A stretch of DNA of 64,000 bases from Halarcobacter sp. (lineage in GTDB: Bacteria > Campylobacterota > Campylobacteria > Campylobacterales > Arcobacteraceae): the NCBI GenBank assembly GCA_963676565.1, contig OY781089.1, positions 672,001 through 736,000 on the forward strand, read 5' to 3'. The notes beneath the pieces were generated by a model, which did no database searches, had not been told where the DNA came from, and saw only the letters and a program-made list of their open reading frames with translations. Positions 20,438-29,017 of this stretch are shown piece by piece. Positions within the stretch are counted from its first letter, which is position 1. Each line of letters begins with the position of its first letter. The position numbers were made by a program, and so were the translations under genes.

Positions 20438-21436
20438 TTAAACTACATCACAATATTCAAGATCCATTCCCGCAGGTCTTGATAAATCTTTATTTCCGCC
20501 AATATAAAGATTTTTTAAATTCATTAACTCCTCAATTGAATCAGGTAAAACGCTAATTTCATTATCCTCTAAATCCAATTCTTCAAGCTTTTCAAGGTTT
20601 CCTAAATCATTTGGTAGCGAAACTAGAGAATTGGAACTTACACTTAAACTTGTAAGTTTTTTTAATTGACAAATTTCATTGGGTAGATAACTTAGGTTAT
20701 TGTTATCTAAAATCAATATTCTTAAATCTTCTAATTTACTAATGTTAAAGTTTAAAGATTCAAGGTTATTATCACTTAAATCAAGTTTTATCAACATATC
20801 ATGGGATTCCAACGAGGGTAGGTTTTTTAGATGATTCCCTTCTAAAAGTAGAGTTTCAAGCTCTTCAATACTAGATATTGATTCTGGAAGAAAACTTAGA
20901 TTATTAAAAGATAGATCTAAATAATATAAAGATTTCATTTTAGAAAAAGAATCGGGTAATTCCTCTAGTTCATTGGTATCAAAAGATAGATACAACAACT
21001 TTGTAAGATTTCCTAAACTAGGGCTAACATTTTTTATTTTATTAGCAGCTAGGGTTAATCTAGTAAGTGAACTAAGATTGTAAATCTCTTCAGGTAATGT
21101 TTCAAGTCTATTTCCATTTAGATTTAAAATCATAAGTTTCTCTAGATTGCCAATAGACGAGGGTAATTCTTCAATAAGGTTGTTTTCACATTGAAGATTT
21201 TTTAGATTTTTTAATTGTCCAATTGAATTAGGTAATTTAGAAAGTCTATTGTTTGAAAGTTTTAAAACACTTAAAGATTTTAAAACATGAATAGACTCAG
21301 GTAATTCACGAATTTTTTTCTTAGTTAAATCTAAATGGGTCATCATAAAAATATCATCATCATTTGTTGAAATGGTAGATTCTAATCTATTAGTTCTAAC
21401 CCATCTTACAAAATCATCAATATCACTCATGCTCAT
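20438..21436 (-). CDS. leucine-rich repeat protein
   Basis: About a dozen 23-aa LxxLxLxxNxLxxLP repeats. Confidence 0.9.
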   Translation of the reverse strand: MSMSDIDDFVRWVRTNRLESTISTNDDDIFMMTHLDLTKKKIRELPESIHVLKSLSVLKLSNNRLSKLPNSIGQLKNLKNLQCENNLIEELPSSIGNLEKLMILNLNGNRLETLPEEIYNLSSLTRLTLAANKIKNVSPSLGNLTKLLYLSFDTNELEELPDSFSKMKSLYYLDLSFNNLSFLPESISSIEELETLLLEGNHLKNLPSLESHDMLIKLDLSDNNLESLNFNISKLEDLRILILDNNNLSYLPNEICQLKKLTSLSVSSNSLVSLPNDLGNLEKLEELDLEDNEISVLPDSIEELMNLKNLYIGGNKDLSRPAGMDLEYCDVV

Positions 21437-21675
21437 CCCTTTAACCTGTCATTCATTGCGTCAATTAAAAAAGAAATCTCTTCATAATCAATAAATCCAA
21501 AGTCAACCATATTGTATAAAGCCATTAAAGGCTTTCTACAACAAGTTTTACTACATCCAGTTACTAGTTTTTTAGCTTTTTTATATGGAAGATCTGTATC
21601 TTGAAAAATCTTTACTGCATCTTGGATAGTTTTCTCTCCACATTCGCAGATTCTTTTATTTTTTAAATCTTCCAT
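21433..21675 (-). CDS. BFD-like [2Fe-2S]-binding protein
   Basis: ICEC ... GCSKTCC cysteine pattern. Confidence 0.65.
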   Translation of the reverse strand: MEDLKNKRICECGEKTIQDAVKIFQDTDLPYKKAKKLVTGCSKTCCRKPLMALYNMVDFGFIDYEEISFLIDAMNDRLKG

Positions 21676-21687
21676 AATATTTCCAAA

Positions 21688-21897
21688 TTATTTTAAGTAT
21701 GGATGTGCTTCTTTGAAAGTATTAACATCTTTCATAGCAACAGCAATTTTTTCACTTAATTCTGGTAATTTATCATAATCTGTCCAGATTGTATCTTCAA
21801 CAATATCATGAACAACACCAGCAAGTTCAACAACTTTTCTTTTATACTTTGCTAGTTCTTTTTTCTTCTCTTTTTGTTCTTCTGTTAATCCTGCCAT
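21688..21897 (-). CDS. Rop-like / CCE_0567-family nitrogen-fixation small protein
   Basis: Helical hairpin with HDIVED resembling the HDLxEE family motif; nif context. Confidence 0.65.
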   Translation of the reverse strand: MAGLTEEQKEKKKELAKYKRKVVELAGVVHDIVEDTIWTDYDKLPELSEKIAVAMKDVNTFKEAHPYLK

Positions 21898-21949
21898 AAT
21901 TTCGTCTCCTTTTTTTAAATTTATTGTCTATTTTTTATATATTTTATGA

Positions 21950-22756
21950 TTATATTGCGTATAAATTTTCTAATTTTAATTGTGGTTTTTCCCCTAAATA
22001 CATTAAAGAATAGGTACCATCTTTTTTAAATTTATAACTATCATAAAGTTCAGTTATCTCTTTGATATCTTTTGGGGTATAGGCAAAAATCTTTTTTAAT
22101 CCCCTATAATATAAAACACCCCTTAGAAGTTTTTCTGCATCTAAATAAGACTCACTTTGCATAAGCCAGGGTGAAATTCTAATAAATCTTTTATTTACTA
22201 CATATGAGTGTAAAAAGCCTGTTTGAGTTGATAGTTTTAAAGAGTTTGAGAAGGTACAATCAGTTTTTATATAATCTTCTCTATTGTCCATAAATACTTG
22301 TTTATCAATTTTTATTGAAATGTCATCATAGTTTTCACCACTTACTTGCTTTGCAATAGAGTTTGAAAAATTAAAGGGAACGGCTTCTCCACTATGCATA
22401 TATCTAGAAAATAAAGAATGCTCTTGAAAATTAAAAGCTTCTACAAAGTGTTTTTTCTTAAAATCAATTAATACAAAAATATTCATACTAGGAGTATTTT
22501 GTATAAGAAGCTTTAAAAGTCTTGTTAAAACTTCTTCATGGGATTCTAATGCATTTATTACATTTATAAAAATATGTTTATGAAACTCATAAGCACTAAC
22601 TACACCAACTATATTTCCATTTTCATATGCTGCAAAGCAATATTGAGGAAATACATTATAAGTTTGTTTCAATAACTCCAATTCAAAAAGCTTATCACTT
22701 TCTAATAAATCAGAGATATCATCTTCAAAATCGTTTCTTAAATATCCAACGAACAT
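21950..22756 (-). CDS. GNAT-fold-like hypothetical protein
   Basis: CFAAYENGNIVGVVSAY strand pattern; overlaps the nifV stop. Confidence 0.5.
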   Translation of the reverse strand: MFVGYLRNDFEDDISDLLESDKLFELELLKQTYNVFPQYCFAAYENGNIVGVVSAYEFHKHIFINVINALESHEEVLTRLLKLLIQNTPSMNIFVLIDFKKKHFVEAFNFQEHSLFSRYMHSGEAVPFNFSNSIAKQVSGENYDDISIKIDKQVFMDNREDYIKTDCTFSNSLKLSTQTGFLHSYVVNKRFIRISPWLMQSESYLDAEKLLRGVLYYRGLKKIFAYTPKDIKEITELYDSYKFKKDGTYSLMYLGEKPQLKLENLYAI

Positions 22757-23853
22757 AGGTATAACTCTTTTAATTCAGTACTATCTAATACTTTTTTTCT
22801 ATTTGTAACAATCTCTCTTACTAATGGTAAAAGTTCTTGCAGTCTTTTTTTGTCTGGATTAATCCCCATAGCTTGTAAGTGATATAATAAAGTTGAGGTT
22901 CCTGAATGTTTTCCAATGGGGAAAGCCCTTTGTAAACCAACCTCTTTTGGGGTAAATGGTTCATAGGCTGATTTTGATTTCATCATCCCATTTACATGAA
23001 TTCCTGATTCATGGGCAAAAATATACTCTCCAATAATTGGAAGATTTGTATCTATTCTTCTATTTGATGCAAGACTAACACTTTGAATTAAAGATTTTAA
23101 TTTTTCAGAGTTAATATCTACAGCTTTTCCAAAAAGTCTTGTTAAACTCATTAAAACCTGCTCGAAAGATGCATTGCCCGCGCGTTCACCTAAACCTATT
23201 ACAGTTGTATTAGCACTCATTGCTCCTGCTTCAAAACCAGAAATTGCATTTGCTGTTGCCATACCAAAATCATTATGTGTATGCATCTCAATATCGAGCA
23301 GTTTTAATGAACTTAACTCTTTTATATTTTCGTATGTTTTTTGGGGAGTTAATATCCCAACGGTATCACAATACCTAAATCTATCAGCGTTAATAGATTT
23401 TCCTAAACTCATAATCTCTTTTAAAAATCCTAAGTCTGCACGGCTAGAGTCTTCTCCTCCAATACAAACAAAAAGCCCCTCTTTTTTTGCTTCTAAAACT
23501 ACTGTTTCTAATTGTCTTAAAAGTTTTTCCTTGTCTCCTCCAAATTTTACATCAATTAAGATATCTGAGACAGGAATTGAAAGGTCTACTGCTTTTAATC
23601 CGCAGTTAATTGAAGCTTCTAAATCACTTAAGGTTGCTCTATTCCAACTCATAATTCTAATAGGTAAATTTAATGCTAAAATTTCTTTAAGGTCATCTTG
23701 CTCTTTTTGTCCCATTGCCGGAATTCCAACTTCAAGCTCATCGGCGCCTGCTTCATAGAGTTTTTTAGCAATATCTAATTTTTCTTTAGTATTAAATGCA
23801 ACATATGGGGCTTGTTCACCGTCTCTTAAAGTTGTGTCGTTGATTAGAAACAT
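22738..23853 (-). CDS. nifV: homocitrate synthase
   Basis: DTTLRDGEQAP, HTHNDFGMATAN, GLGERAGN, HESGIH; nif context. Confidence 0.93.
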   Translation of the reverse strand: MFLINDTTLRDGEQAPYVAFNTKEKLDIAKKLYEAGADELEVGIPAMGQKEQDDLKEILALNLPIRIMSWNRATLSDLEASINCGLKAVDLSIPVSDILIDVKFGGDKEKLLRQLETVVLEAKKEGLFVCIGGEDSSRADLGFLKEIMSLGKSINADRFRYCDTVGILTPQKTYENIKELSSLKLLDIEMHTHNDFGMATANAISGFEAGAMSANTTVIGLGERAGNASFEQVLMSLTRLFGKAVDINSEKLKSLIQSVSLASNRRIDTNLPIIGEYIFAHESGIHVNGMMKSKSAYEPFTPKEVGLQRAFPIGKHSGTSTLLYHLQAMGINPDKKRLQELLPLVREIVTNRKKVLDSTELKELYLCSLDI

Positions 23854-23887
23854 TTAATTTACCTTTTTATTAGTATTAAACTAATAT

Positions 23888-23904
23888 ATGCAAAAAGTGT
23901 TCCT
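23888..23904 (-). promoter_or_regulatory. sigma54 -24/-12 promoter of the nifV operon
   Basis: Minus strand aGG-AACACTTTTT-GCat (GG-N10-GC). Confidence 0.85.
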
Positions 23905-23910
23905 TTATGA

Positions 23911-24189
23911 TTAAATTTTAAGTATCTCTAAACTATGGATTTTATTTAAATCCTCTTTTTCTAAAGAATCATATGAGTATACAAAACAACAAGGTTTGTC
24001 TTTTATTGTTTTTTCAATTTCCCAAAAAGTATCAAGGGAATCAACTAAGTAGATTTTATCTGCACGTAAAGATTTCAAAGGAAAACCAATAGCTCCATGA
24101 CAGGTAGTTGCTGGGTATAGTTCTAATAATTCACTGTTAATAGATATAGGACCATTACCCTTTAGAAGTAAAACTTTTGGATTTTTCAT
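23911..24189 (-). CDS. hypothetical protein downstream of nifB
   Basis: 92-aa ORF filling the nifB-nifV gap; no family recognised. Confidence 0.6.
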   Translation of the reverse strand: MKNPKVLLLKGNGPISINSELLELYPATTCHGAIGFPLKSLRADKIYLVDSLDTFWEIEKTIKDKPCCFVYSYDSLEKEDLNKIHSLEILKI

Positions 24190-24215
24190 TTGTTTTTTTG
24201 AAAATGAATTAGGGA

Positions 24216-25664
24216 TTACCCTAATTCAGCTTCTAACTCTTTTTCTTGGAAAAAATATTTTTTTGCAGCTTCAAAAACAGATTTTTCAATTGGTTGAAGT
24301 GCATATGAATCATCTGAAATTAAATTAATAGTTGCTAATTCATCTTGTGGACAACCACCTATTTTTTCTGTTAAAAGAATATCAATATCTTTTAAAGTAT
24401 TTTTAATTTCTTCAATTGGATAAGAACCATCACAATCTTCAGGACCTTTACAGTAAGCATTTTCTACTTTTCTGTGCATTACAAATTTAAGTGCTTTATC
24501 TCCAACTTCATAGATTAAGAACTCTGTTGCATTACCAAAGTGTAAATTAATTGTTCCCTCTCCAGCTGTTGTAACAGCTACAAGTTTAGTTTCACCTGTA
24601 CTACTTAATTCCTCTTTTGTAGCTTGTTCGATTTTAATTCTATCGTTTGCAGCATCAAGTGCAGCTCTCCAGTTTTCAATAACTTCGTGTTTCTTTTTTC
24701 TACCTTCAATATCATATTGCTCTTCTAAAGCTTCCCAAGTCATATCTTGGAATACATCAGGAGTAAACTCTTCCCCTCTATCTTCACCAATTAAACCAAC
24801 AGCATCTGCACGACATTGTCTACAGTGGCTCATTAGTTTCATATCCATACCACATGCTTCTTGTGCTGCCATAACCTCTTGGTCTGTAGCACTTCTTTGT
24901 CCATTTAATCCATAATATGTTCCATATTCTTCTTTTGATAAAAGTGGCATGATATTGTGTAAGAAAACACCTAATTCTTTTAGCTTTTTAGCTACATTTG
25001 GTAATTCTTGGTCATTTACACCAGGGATTAAAACAGAATTTGCTTTTACTAAAATCCCATTTTCAACTAACATCTTAATACCTTTAAGTTGTTGCTCTAA
25101 TAAAATTTTTGCACCCTCGGCTCCAAATACTTTTTTATGATTCCAGTGAATCCATGGATAGATTTTTGCACCAATTTCACCTGTTTCATCAACAGAGTTT
25201 ATTGTTACAGTTACATGGTCAACATTGTATTTAATCATCTCATCTACATAATCAGGAAGTTTAAGTCCATTTGTTGATAAACATAGTTTTTGATCAGGTG
25301 CTTTCTCGTGTAACATTTTAAATGTATCAAATGTTTTTTTAGGGTTTGCAAGGGCATCACCAGGCCCAGCAATACCAACAACTGAAAGTTGTTGAATATC
25401 TCCACCAACATATAATACTTTTTTAACAGCATCTTCAGGGCTTAATTTATTTGAAGTAACACCTGGTCTAGATTCGTTTGAACAGTCAAACTTTCTATTA
25501 CAATAGTTACATTGAATATTACAAGCAGGGGCAACTGCTACGTGGATTCTTGCATAGTGTTGGTGGGCACCTTCACTATAACATGGGTGATTGTTAATCT
25601 TATCCATTACCTCTTGTTCTAAACTTTCTTGCGTGCTACTTGATGTACATGAACAACTCATCAT
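24216..25664 (-). CDS. nifB: FeMo-cofactor biosynthesis radical SAM protein NifB with C-terminal NifX-like domain
   Basis: HPC, CNIQCNYCNRKFDC, ESRPG, AGPGD, CRQCRADA. Confidence 0.97.
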   Translation of the reverse strand: MMSCSCTSSSTQESLEQEVMDKINNHPCYSEGAHQHYARIHVAVAPACNIQCNYCNRKFDCSNESRPGVTSNKLSPEDAVKKVLYVGGDIQQLSVVGIAGPGDALANPKKTFDTFKMLHEKAPDQKLCLSTNGLKLPDYVDEMIKYNVDHVTVTINSVDETGEIGAKIYPWIHWNHKKVFGAEGAKILLEQQLKGIKMLVENGILVKANSVLIPGVNDQELPNVAKKLKELGVFLHNIMPLLSKEEYGTYYGLNGQRSATDQEVMAAQEACGMDMKLMSHCRQCRADAVGLIGEDRGEEFTPDVFQDMTWEALEEQYDIEGRKKKHEVIENWRAALDAANDRIKIEQATKEELSSTGETKLVAVTTAGEGTINLHFGNATEFLIYEVGDKALKFVMHRKVENAYCKGPEDCDGSYPIEEIKNTLKDIDILLTEKIGGCPQDELATINLISDDSYALQPIEKSVFEAAKKYFFQEKELEAELG

Positions 25665-25699
25665 CTCTCCTTTTCGCGTTTTTATATTGAAAATGAATA

Positions 25700-25716
25700 A
25701 TGCACATAGTGTTCCA
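25700..25716 (-). promoter_or_regulatory. sigma54 promoter of nifB
   Basis: Minus strand tGG-AACACTATGT-GCat. Confidence 0.85.
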
Positions 25717-25736
25717 TTGAAAAAAAATTAAAATTT

Positions 25737-25753
25737 AGGAATAAAAATTGCAT
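25737..25753 (+). promoter_or_regulatory. sigma54 promoter of the 61-aa ORF
   Basis: aGG-AATAAAAATT-GCat, back-to-back with the nifB promoter. Confidence 0.7.
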
Positions 25754-25782
25754 ATAAGTAGATAATTTTAAAAGGAATCTCT

Positions 25783-25968
25783 ATGACTATTCAAGAACAA
25801 ATAAAAGAACAATTGATAAAAGAAGTGTTTTCAAATATAGACAATATATACGAATTTATGGATACTAGGTACAATCTAGACAAACCTTGCAACGATGCGG
25901 TTGTAAAAAAACTTAATGAACTAAAAGATGTTATATATAAAGTTTCAGGACTTAGTGAATTAAATTAA
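25783..25968 (+). CDS. hypothetical 61-aa helical protein
   Basis: AAGGA RBS and a sigma54-like promoter upstream. Confidence 0.7.
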   Translation: MTIQEQIKEQLIKEVFSNIDNIYEFMDTRYNLDKPCNDAVVKKLNELKDVIYKVSGLSELN

Positions 25969-25977
25969 CTCCTTTTA

Positions 25978-26006
25978 TTGACTTATGTCAATGATAAACA
26001 TTATCA
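25978..26006 (+). promoter_or_regulatory. Crp/Fnr-type palindrome plus adjacent Fur/PerR-like box
   Basis: TTGAC-TTAT-GTCAA 25978-25991; TGATAAACATTATCA 25992-26006. Confidence 0.6.
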
Positions 26007-26048
26007 AAATAGCTATATTTACTTTATAATTTTTTATAAGGTAAATAA

Positions 26049-26642
26049 ATGAAATATCCAAAGTTTTTCGATGAAATTGAAACAATAAAATTAAAAGATG
26101 ACTTATCAGCAGTTCTTGGTTCATTAGAGGATGGAGTTGTAGAGTTTTCATATTTAGATATTGTAAAAAGTGCAGGGCACTCTTGCCCAACAGTAGCTGG
26201 AGCATATCTAATGACTCAAATTGCACTAAAGAATTTATACAAAAATGAAACTCCAAAAAGGGGAGAGATTTTTGTAAGTTTTAAAGAGGATTTACTAGAG
26301 GGTACTGCAGGAGTTGTTGCAAATGTTGTTTCTCAAATTACTGGGGCAACGGAGTTTTTAGGATTTAAAGGCTTAAATGGTAAGTTCACTAGATATGGTT
26401 TGATGCAATTTAATGATAAAATCACAACTAGTGCAAAGTTTACAAGAATAGATACAAAAGAATCATTGGAATTAATCTACAATCCAAGTATAATACCACC
26501 AGATGAAAAAATACCACAATTAATGGAAAAACTAATACAAGATAAAGCTTCTCTTGAAGAGAAAAAAGAGTTTGCGAAACTTTGGCAAGAACGAGTTGAA
26601 AAAATATTTAGCAATAAAAATAGGGTGATAAAAATATTATGA
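26049..26642 (+). CDS. FmdE-family protein
   Basis: GHSCPTVAGAY motif. Confidence 0.72.
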   Translation: MKYPKFFDEIETIKLKDDLSAVLGSLEDGVVEFSYLDIVKSAGHSCPTVAGAYLMTQIALKNLYKNETPKRGEIFVSFKEDLLEGTAGVVANVVSQITGATEFLGFKGLNGKFTRYGLMQFNDKITTSAKFTRIDTKESLELIYNPSIIPPDEKIPQLMEKLIQDKASLEEKKEFAKLWQERVEKIFSNKNRVIKIL

Positions 26643-26977
26643 CAGAAGAAAAATTTCAAAGTGAAATTGATACTCTAAATAGATTTTTTACAAAATATTG
26701 TAAAGATAAACATGAAAATCAAAAAAGTAAGCTTTATAAATTTGAGTATAAAAATCTTTCCTTTGAAACTTCTATTTCCCTTTGCGAGGAGTGTAATTCT
26801 CTAATCTCTTACTCTTTTGATAGATTAAAAGAATGTCCCCATGAAATAAAACCTAGATGTAGAAACTGTGAAAAACCATGTTATGAAAAAACTCAATGGA
26901 AAAGCTTGTCTAAAGTTATGAGATATAGTGCAATTAGATTAAATTTAGCAAAAAGAATAAAAAAAATATTTTCTTGA
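26639..26977 (+). CDS. YgbA (nitrous oxide-stimulated promoter) family protein
   Basis: YC...H, CEEC, RL.ECP...KPRCRNC..PCY, VMRYS. Confidence 0.82.
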   Translation: MTEEKFQSEIDTLNRFFTKYCKDKHENQKSKLYKFEYKNLSFETSISLCEECNSLISYSFDRLKECPHEIKPRCRNCEKPCYEKTQWKSLSKVMRYSAIRLNLAKRIKKIFS

Positions 26978-27041
26978 CCTTAGTCTATTTTTTTTCCACA
27001 ATTTTTTATTACAATTTTTAAACAATAAAAAAGGAGAAGAA

Positions 27042-27317
27042 ATGAAGAAAGTTTTACTTTTAAGTTCAGTGTTAGCATGTGTTGCTTTTGCAAATCCATA
27101 TGCAAAGTGTGTTGCATGTCATGGAGCAAATGGTGAGAAGGTTGCCTTAGGAAAGTCAAAAATCATTAAAGATATGACTAAACAAGAGATTGTAGATTCA
27201 TTAAAAGGTTACAAAGATGGATCTTACGGAGGACCTATGAAAGCTCTTATGAAAGGTCAAGTTGTTTCTTTATCAGATGCTGATATCCAAGCTATTGCAG
27301 ATAAAATTGGTAAATAA
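27042..27317 (+). CDS. cytochrome c553
   Basis: Signal peptide, CVACHG, YGGPMKALM. Confidence 0.9.
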   Translation: MKKVLLLSSVLACVAFANPYAKCVACHGANGEKVALGKSKIIKDMTKQEIVDSLKGYKDGSYGGPMKALMKGQVVSLSDADIQAIADKIGK

Positions 27318-27340
27318 ATAATTTAACAATAAAATCAATA

Positions 27341-27397
27341 GGTGATGAGTATAAGTATTAGTTTTAGTCAAAGGTACTGTAATTTATACTCATCACC
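27341..27397. terminator. long inverted repeat between convergent genes
   Basis: Perfect 14-bp arms GGTGATGAGTATAA / TTATACTCATCACC with a 29-nt loop. Confidence 0.6.
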
Positions 27398-27399
27398 AA

Positions 27400-28641
27400 T
27401 TAATTCATAGTAATTTCTATCATCTTACCATTTAAAATTTCACCGAATTCTACCCCATAATTATAGCATTGGTTTAGCTCCTCTTTTGTAGGGATTAATT
27501 TTATTTTCATAGACTCCATTGGAGGCACTCTAAAACTTAATGATTTTAGTCTATGGTTAATCATATCAACAGCTTCACCACTCCACCCATATGAACCAAA
27601 GGCACCACCAGTTTTCCCCCGTTTTTCTAGATACATCATACAAGAGAGTAAATCCCAAACTGGTTTAGGAGCATCGGAGTTAATTGTTGGCGATCCTATT
27701 AAAATTCCATCACTTTCTTCTAATATATTTATCATGTTTGACTCTTCAAGTGAGGTCAAATCATACACATTTGCTATAATCCCCTCAACACTTTCTGCTC
27801 CATCGAAAATTGCTTCAGCCATATCTCTAGTATTTTTATAGCTTGTGATATAAAAAATTGATAAAATCTTATTTCCATGACTTATCTCTTTATAATCTTT
27901 TTGACTCCAACTTCTATAATACTCCATATATTTATAGGGTTTTTGTCTTAATATTGGTCCATGAAGTGGTGCAATCATTTCTATACTTAACTTATCATAC
28001 AACTTCAAAGCATTTAAAACATAAGATTTAAAGGGTCTCATAATATGATCATAATAATATTTAAAAGCATAAAAGAAATCACTAACTTGGTCATCAAACA
28101 ATCTTTTATCATGGTAATGGCTTCCAAAAACATCCCCTGAAAACAATAAACAATCCTCTTCTACAAAAGAACTCATTGTTTCAGGCCAATGTAAATAAGG
28201 AGTTGTTAAAAACCTAATTGTTTTATTTCCAAGTTTTAAACTTTTGTTTGTCCAAACAGTTTCAAAATCGATATTTTCCCTATGGGTAATTGCTTTTAAC
28301 ATTGATGTTGCTTGCGGTGAAATTAAAACTTTCACATCATCATTTACTCTATTCATTAGTTCTGGTATTGCTCCAGCATGATCTGGTTCCATATGGTGTA
28401 AAATCACATATTTTATCTCATCATATGAACACAAGCTTTCTATTTTTTTAAAAAATTCTGCTTGAAACTCTACTTTTACGGTGTCAACTATTATTACACC
28501 TTCATCAGTTTTTATCAAATAAGCATTATATGATGAACCATTTGCAGTTTTCATTATAATATCAAAGGTTCTAATATCAGGGTCAAAGGCACCAATAAAA
28601 TATATATCGGGTGCAATTTCTATTGGCTTATTTGTATCCAT
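27400..28641 (-). CDS. fprA: flavodiiron protein (FprA family)
   Basis: HMEPDH, LHWPE, SGD, PLHGP metallo-beta-lactamase ligands plus flavodoxin domain (FGSYGWSGE). Confidence 0.9.
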   Translation of the reverse strand: MDTNKPIEIAPDIYFIGAFDPDIRTFDIIMKTANGSSYNAYLIKTDEGVIIVDTVKVEFQAEFFKKIESLCSYDEIKYVILHHMEPDHAGAIPELMNRVNDDVKVLISPQATSMLKAITHRENIDFETVWTNKSLKLGNKTIRFLTTPYLHWPETMSSFVEEDCLLFSGDVFGSHYHDKRLFDDQVSDFFYAFKYYYDHIMRPFKSYVLNALKLYDKLSIEMIAPLHGPILRQKPYKYMEYYRSWSQKDYKEISHGNKILSIFYITSYKNTRDMAEAIFDGAESVEGIIANVYDLTSLEESNMINILEESDGILIGSPTINSDAPKPVWDLLSCMMYLEKRGKTGGAFGSYGWSGEAVDMINHRLKSLSFRVPPMESMKIKLIPTKEELNQCYNYGVEFGEILNGKMIEITMN

Positions 28642-28657
28642 AATCTATCCATTTTTT

Positions 28658-29017
28658 TTATTTTGCTATTAATCTTCTCATCCAAATTGGTGGATTTTCT
28701 TGCATCTTAATTAAAGAGTTTAAAACATCTTCAATCTTTTCATTTTCACGGCTTGCTTGCATAGGAAAAATTTGACATTTCTTTACCATCATTGCAGCTT
28801 TTGGTCCTATTTGTTGAACATATAATATATCACTATCTTCTAGACACTCGATTTTATATGTAAGTTTTTCAATCTCATCATCAATCTCAAGTGAAGAATC
28901 AATAGATTTAACAAAAGTATATTCATCACCATGAATCTCATAAATATAAAACTCTTTACACCAACCAAAATGTTGATTAACGTGAATATTATCTTTTGAA
29001 GCAAATGCAATTCTCAT
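28658..29017 (-). CDS. NifX/NifY/NafY-family cofactor-binding protein
   Basis: MRIAFASKD...VNQHFG, IGPKAA, NPPIWM. Confidence 0.85.
   Translation of the reverse strand: MRIAFASKDNIHVNQHFGWCKEFYIYEIHGDEYTFVKSIDSSLEIDDEIEKLTYKIECLEDSDILYVQQIGPKAAMMVKKCQIFPMQASRENEKIEDVLNSLIKMQENPPIWMRRLIAK

Noticed and set aside
20438..21330. Periodic DNA pattern considered as a CRISPR array or tandem repeat
   Set aside because: Explained by LRR protein repeats; no identical nucleotide repeats with spacers
23174..23758. 194-aa plus-strand ORF and similar antisense ORFs in the track (e.g. 58-372, 5739-6170, 48272-48649, 58531-58857, 63363-63596)
   Set aside because: Shadow frames opposite well-supported genes, with no recognisable motifs
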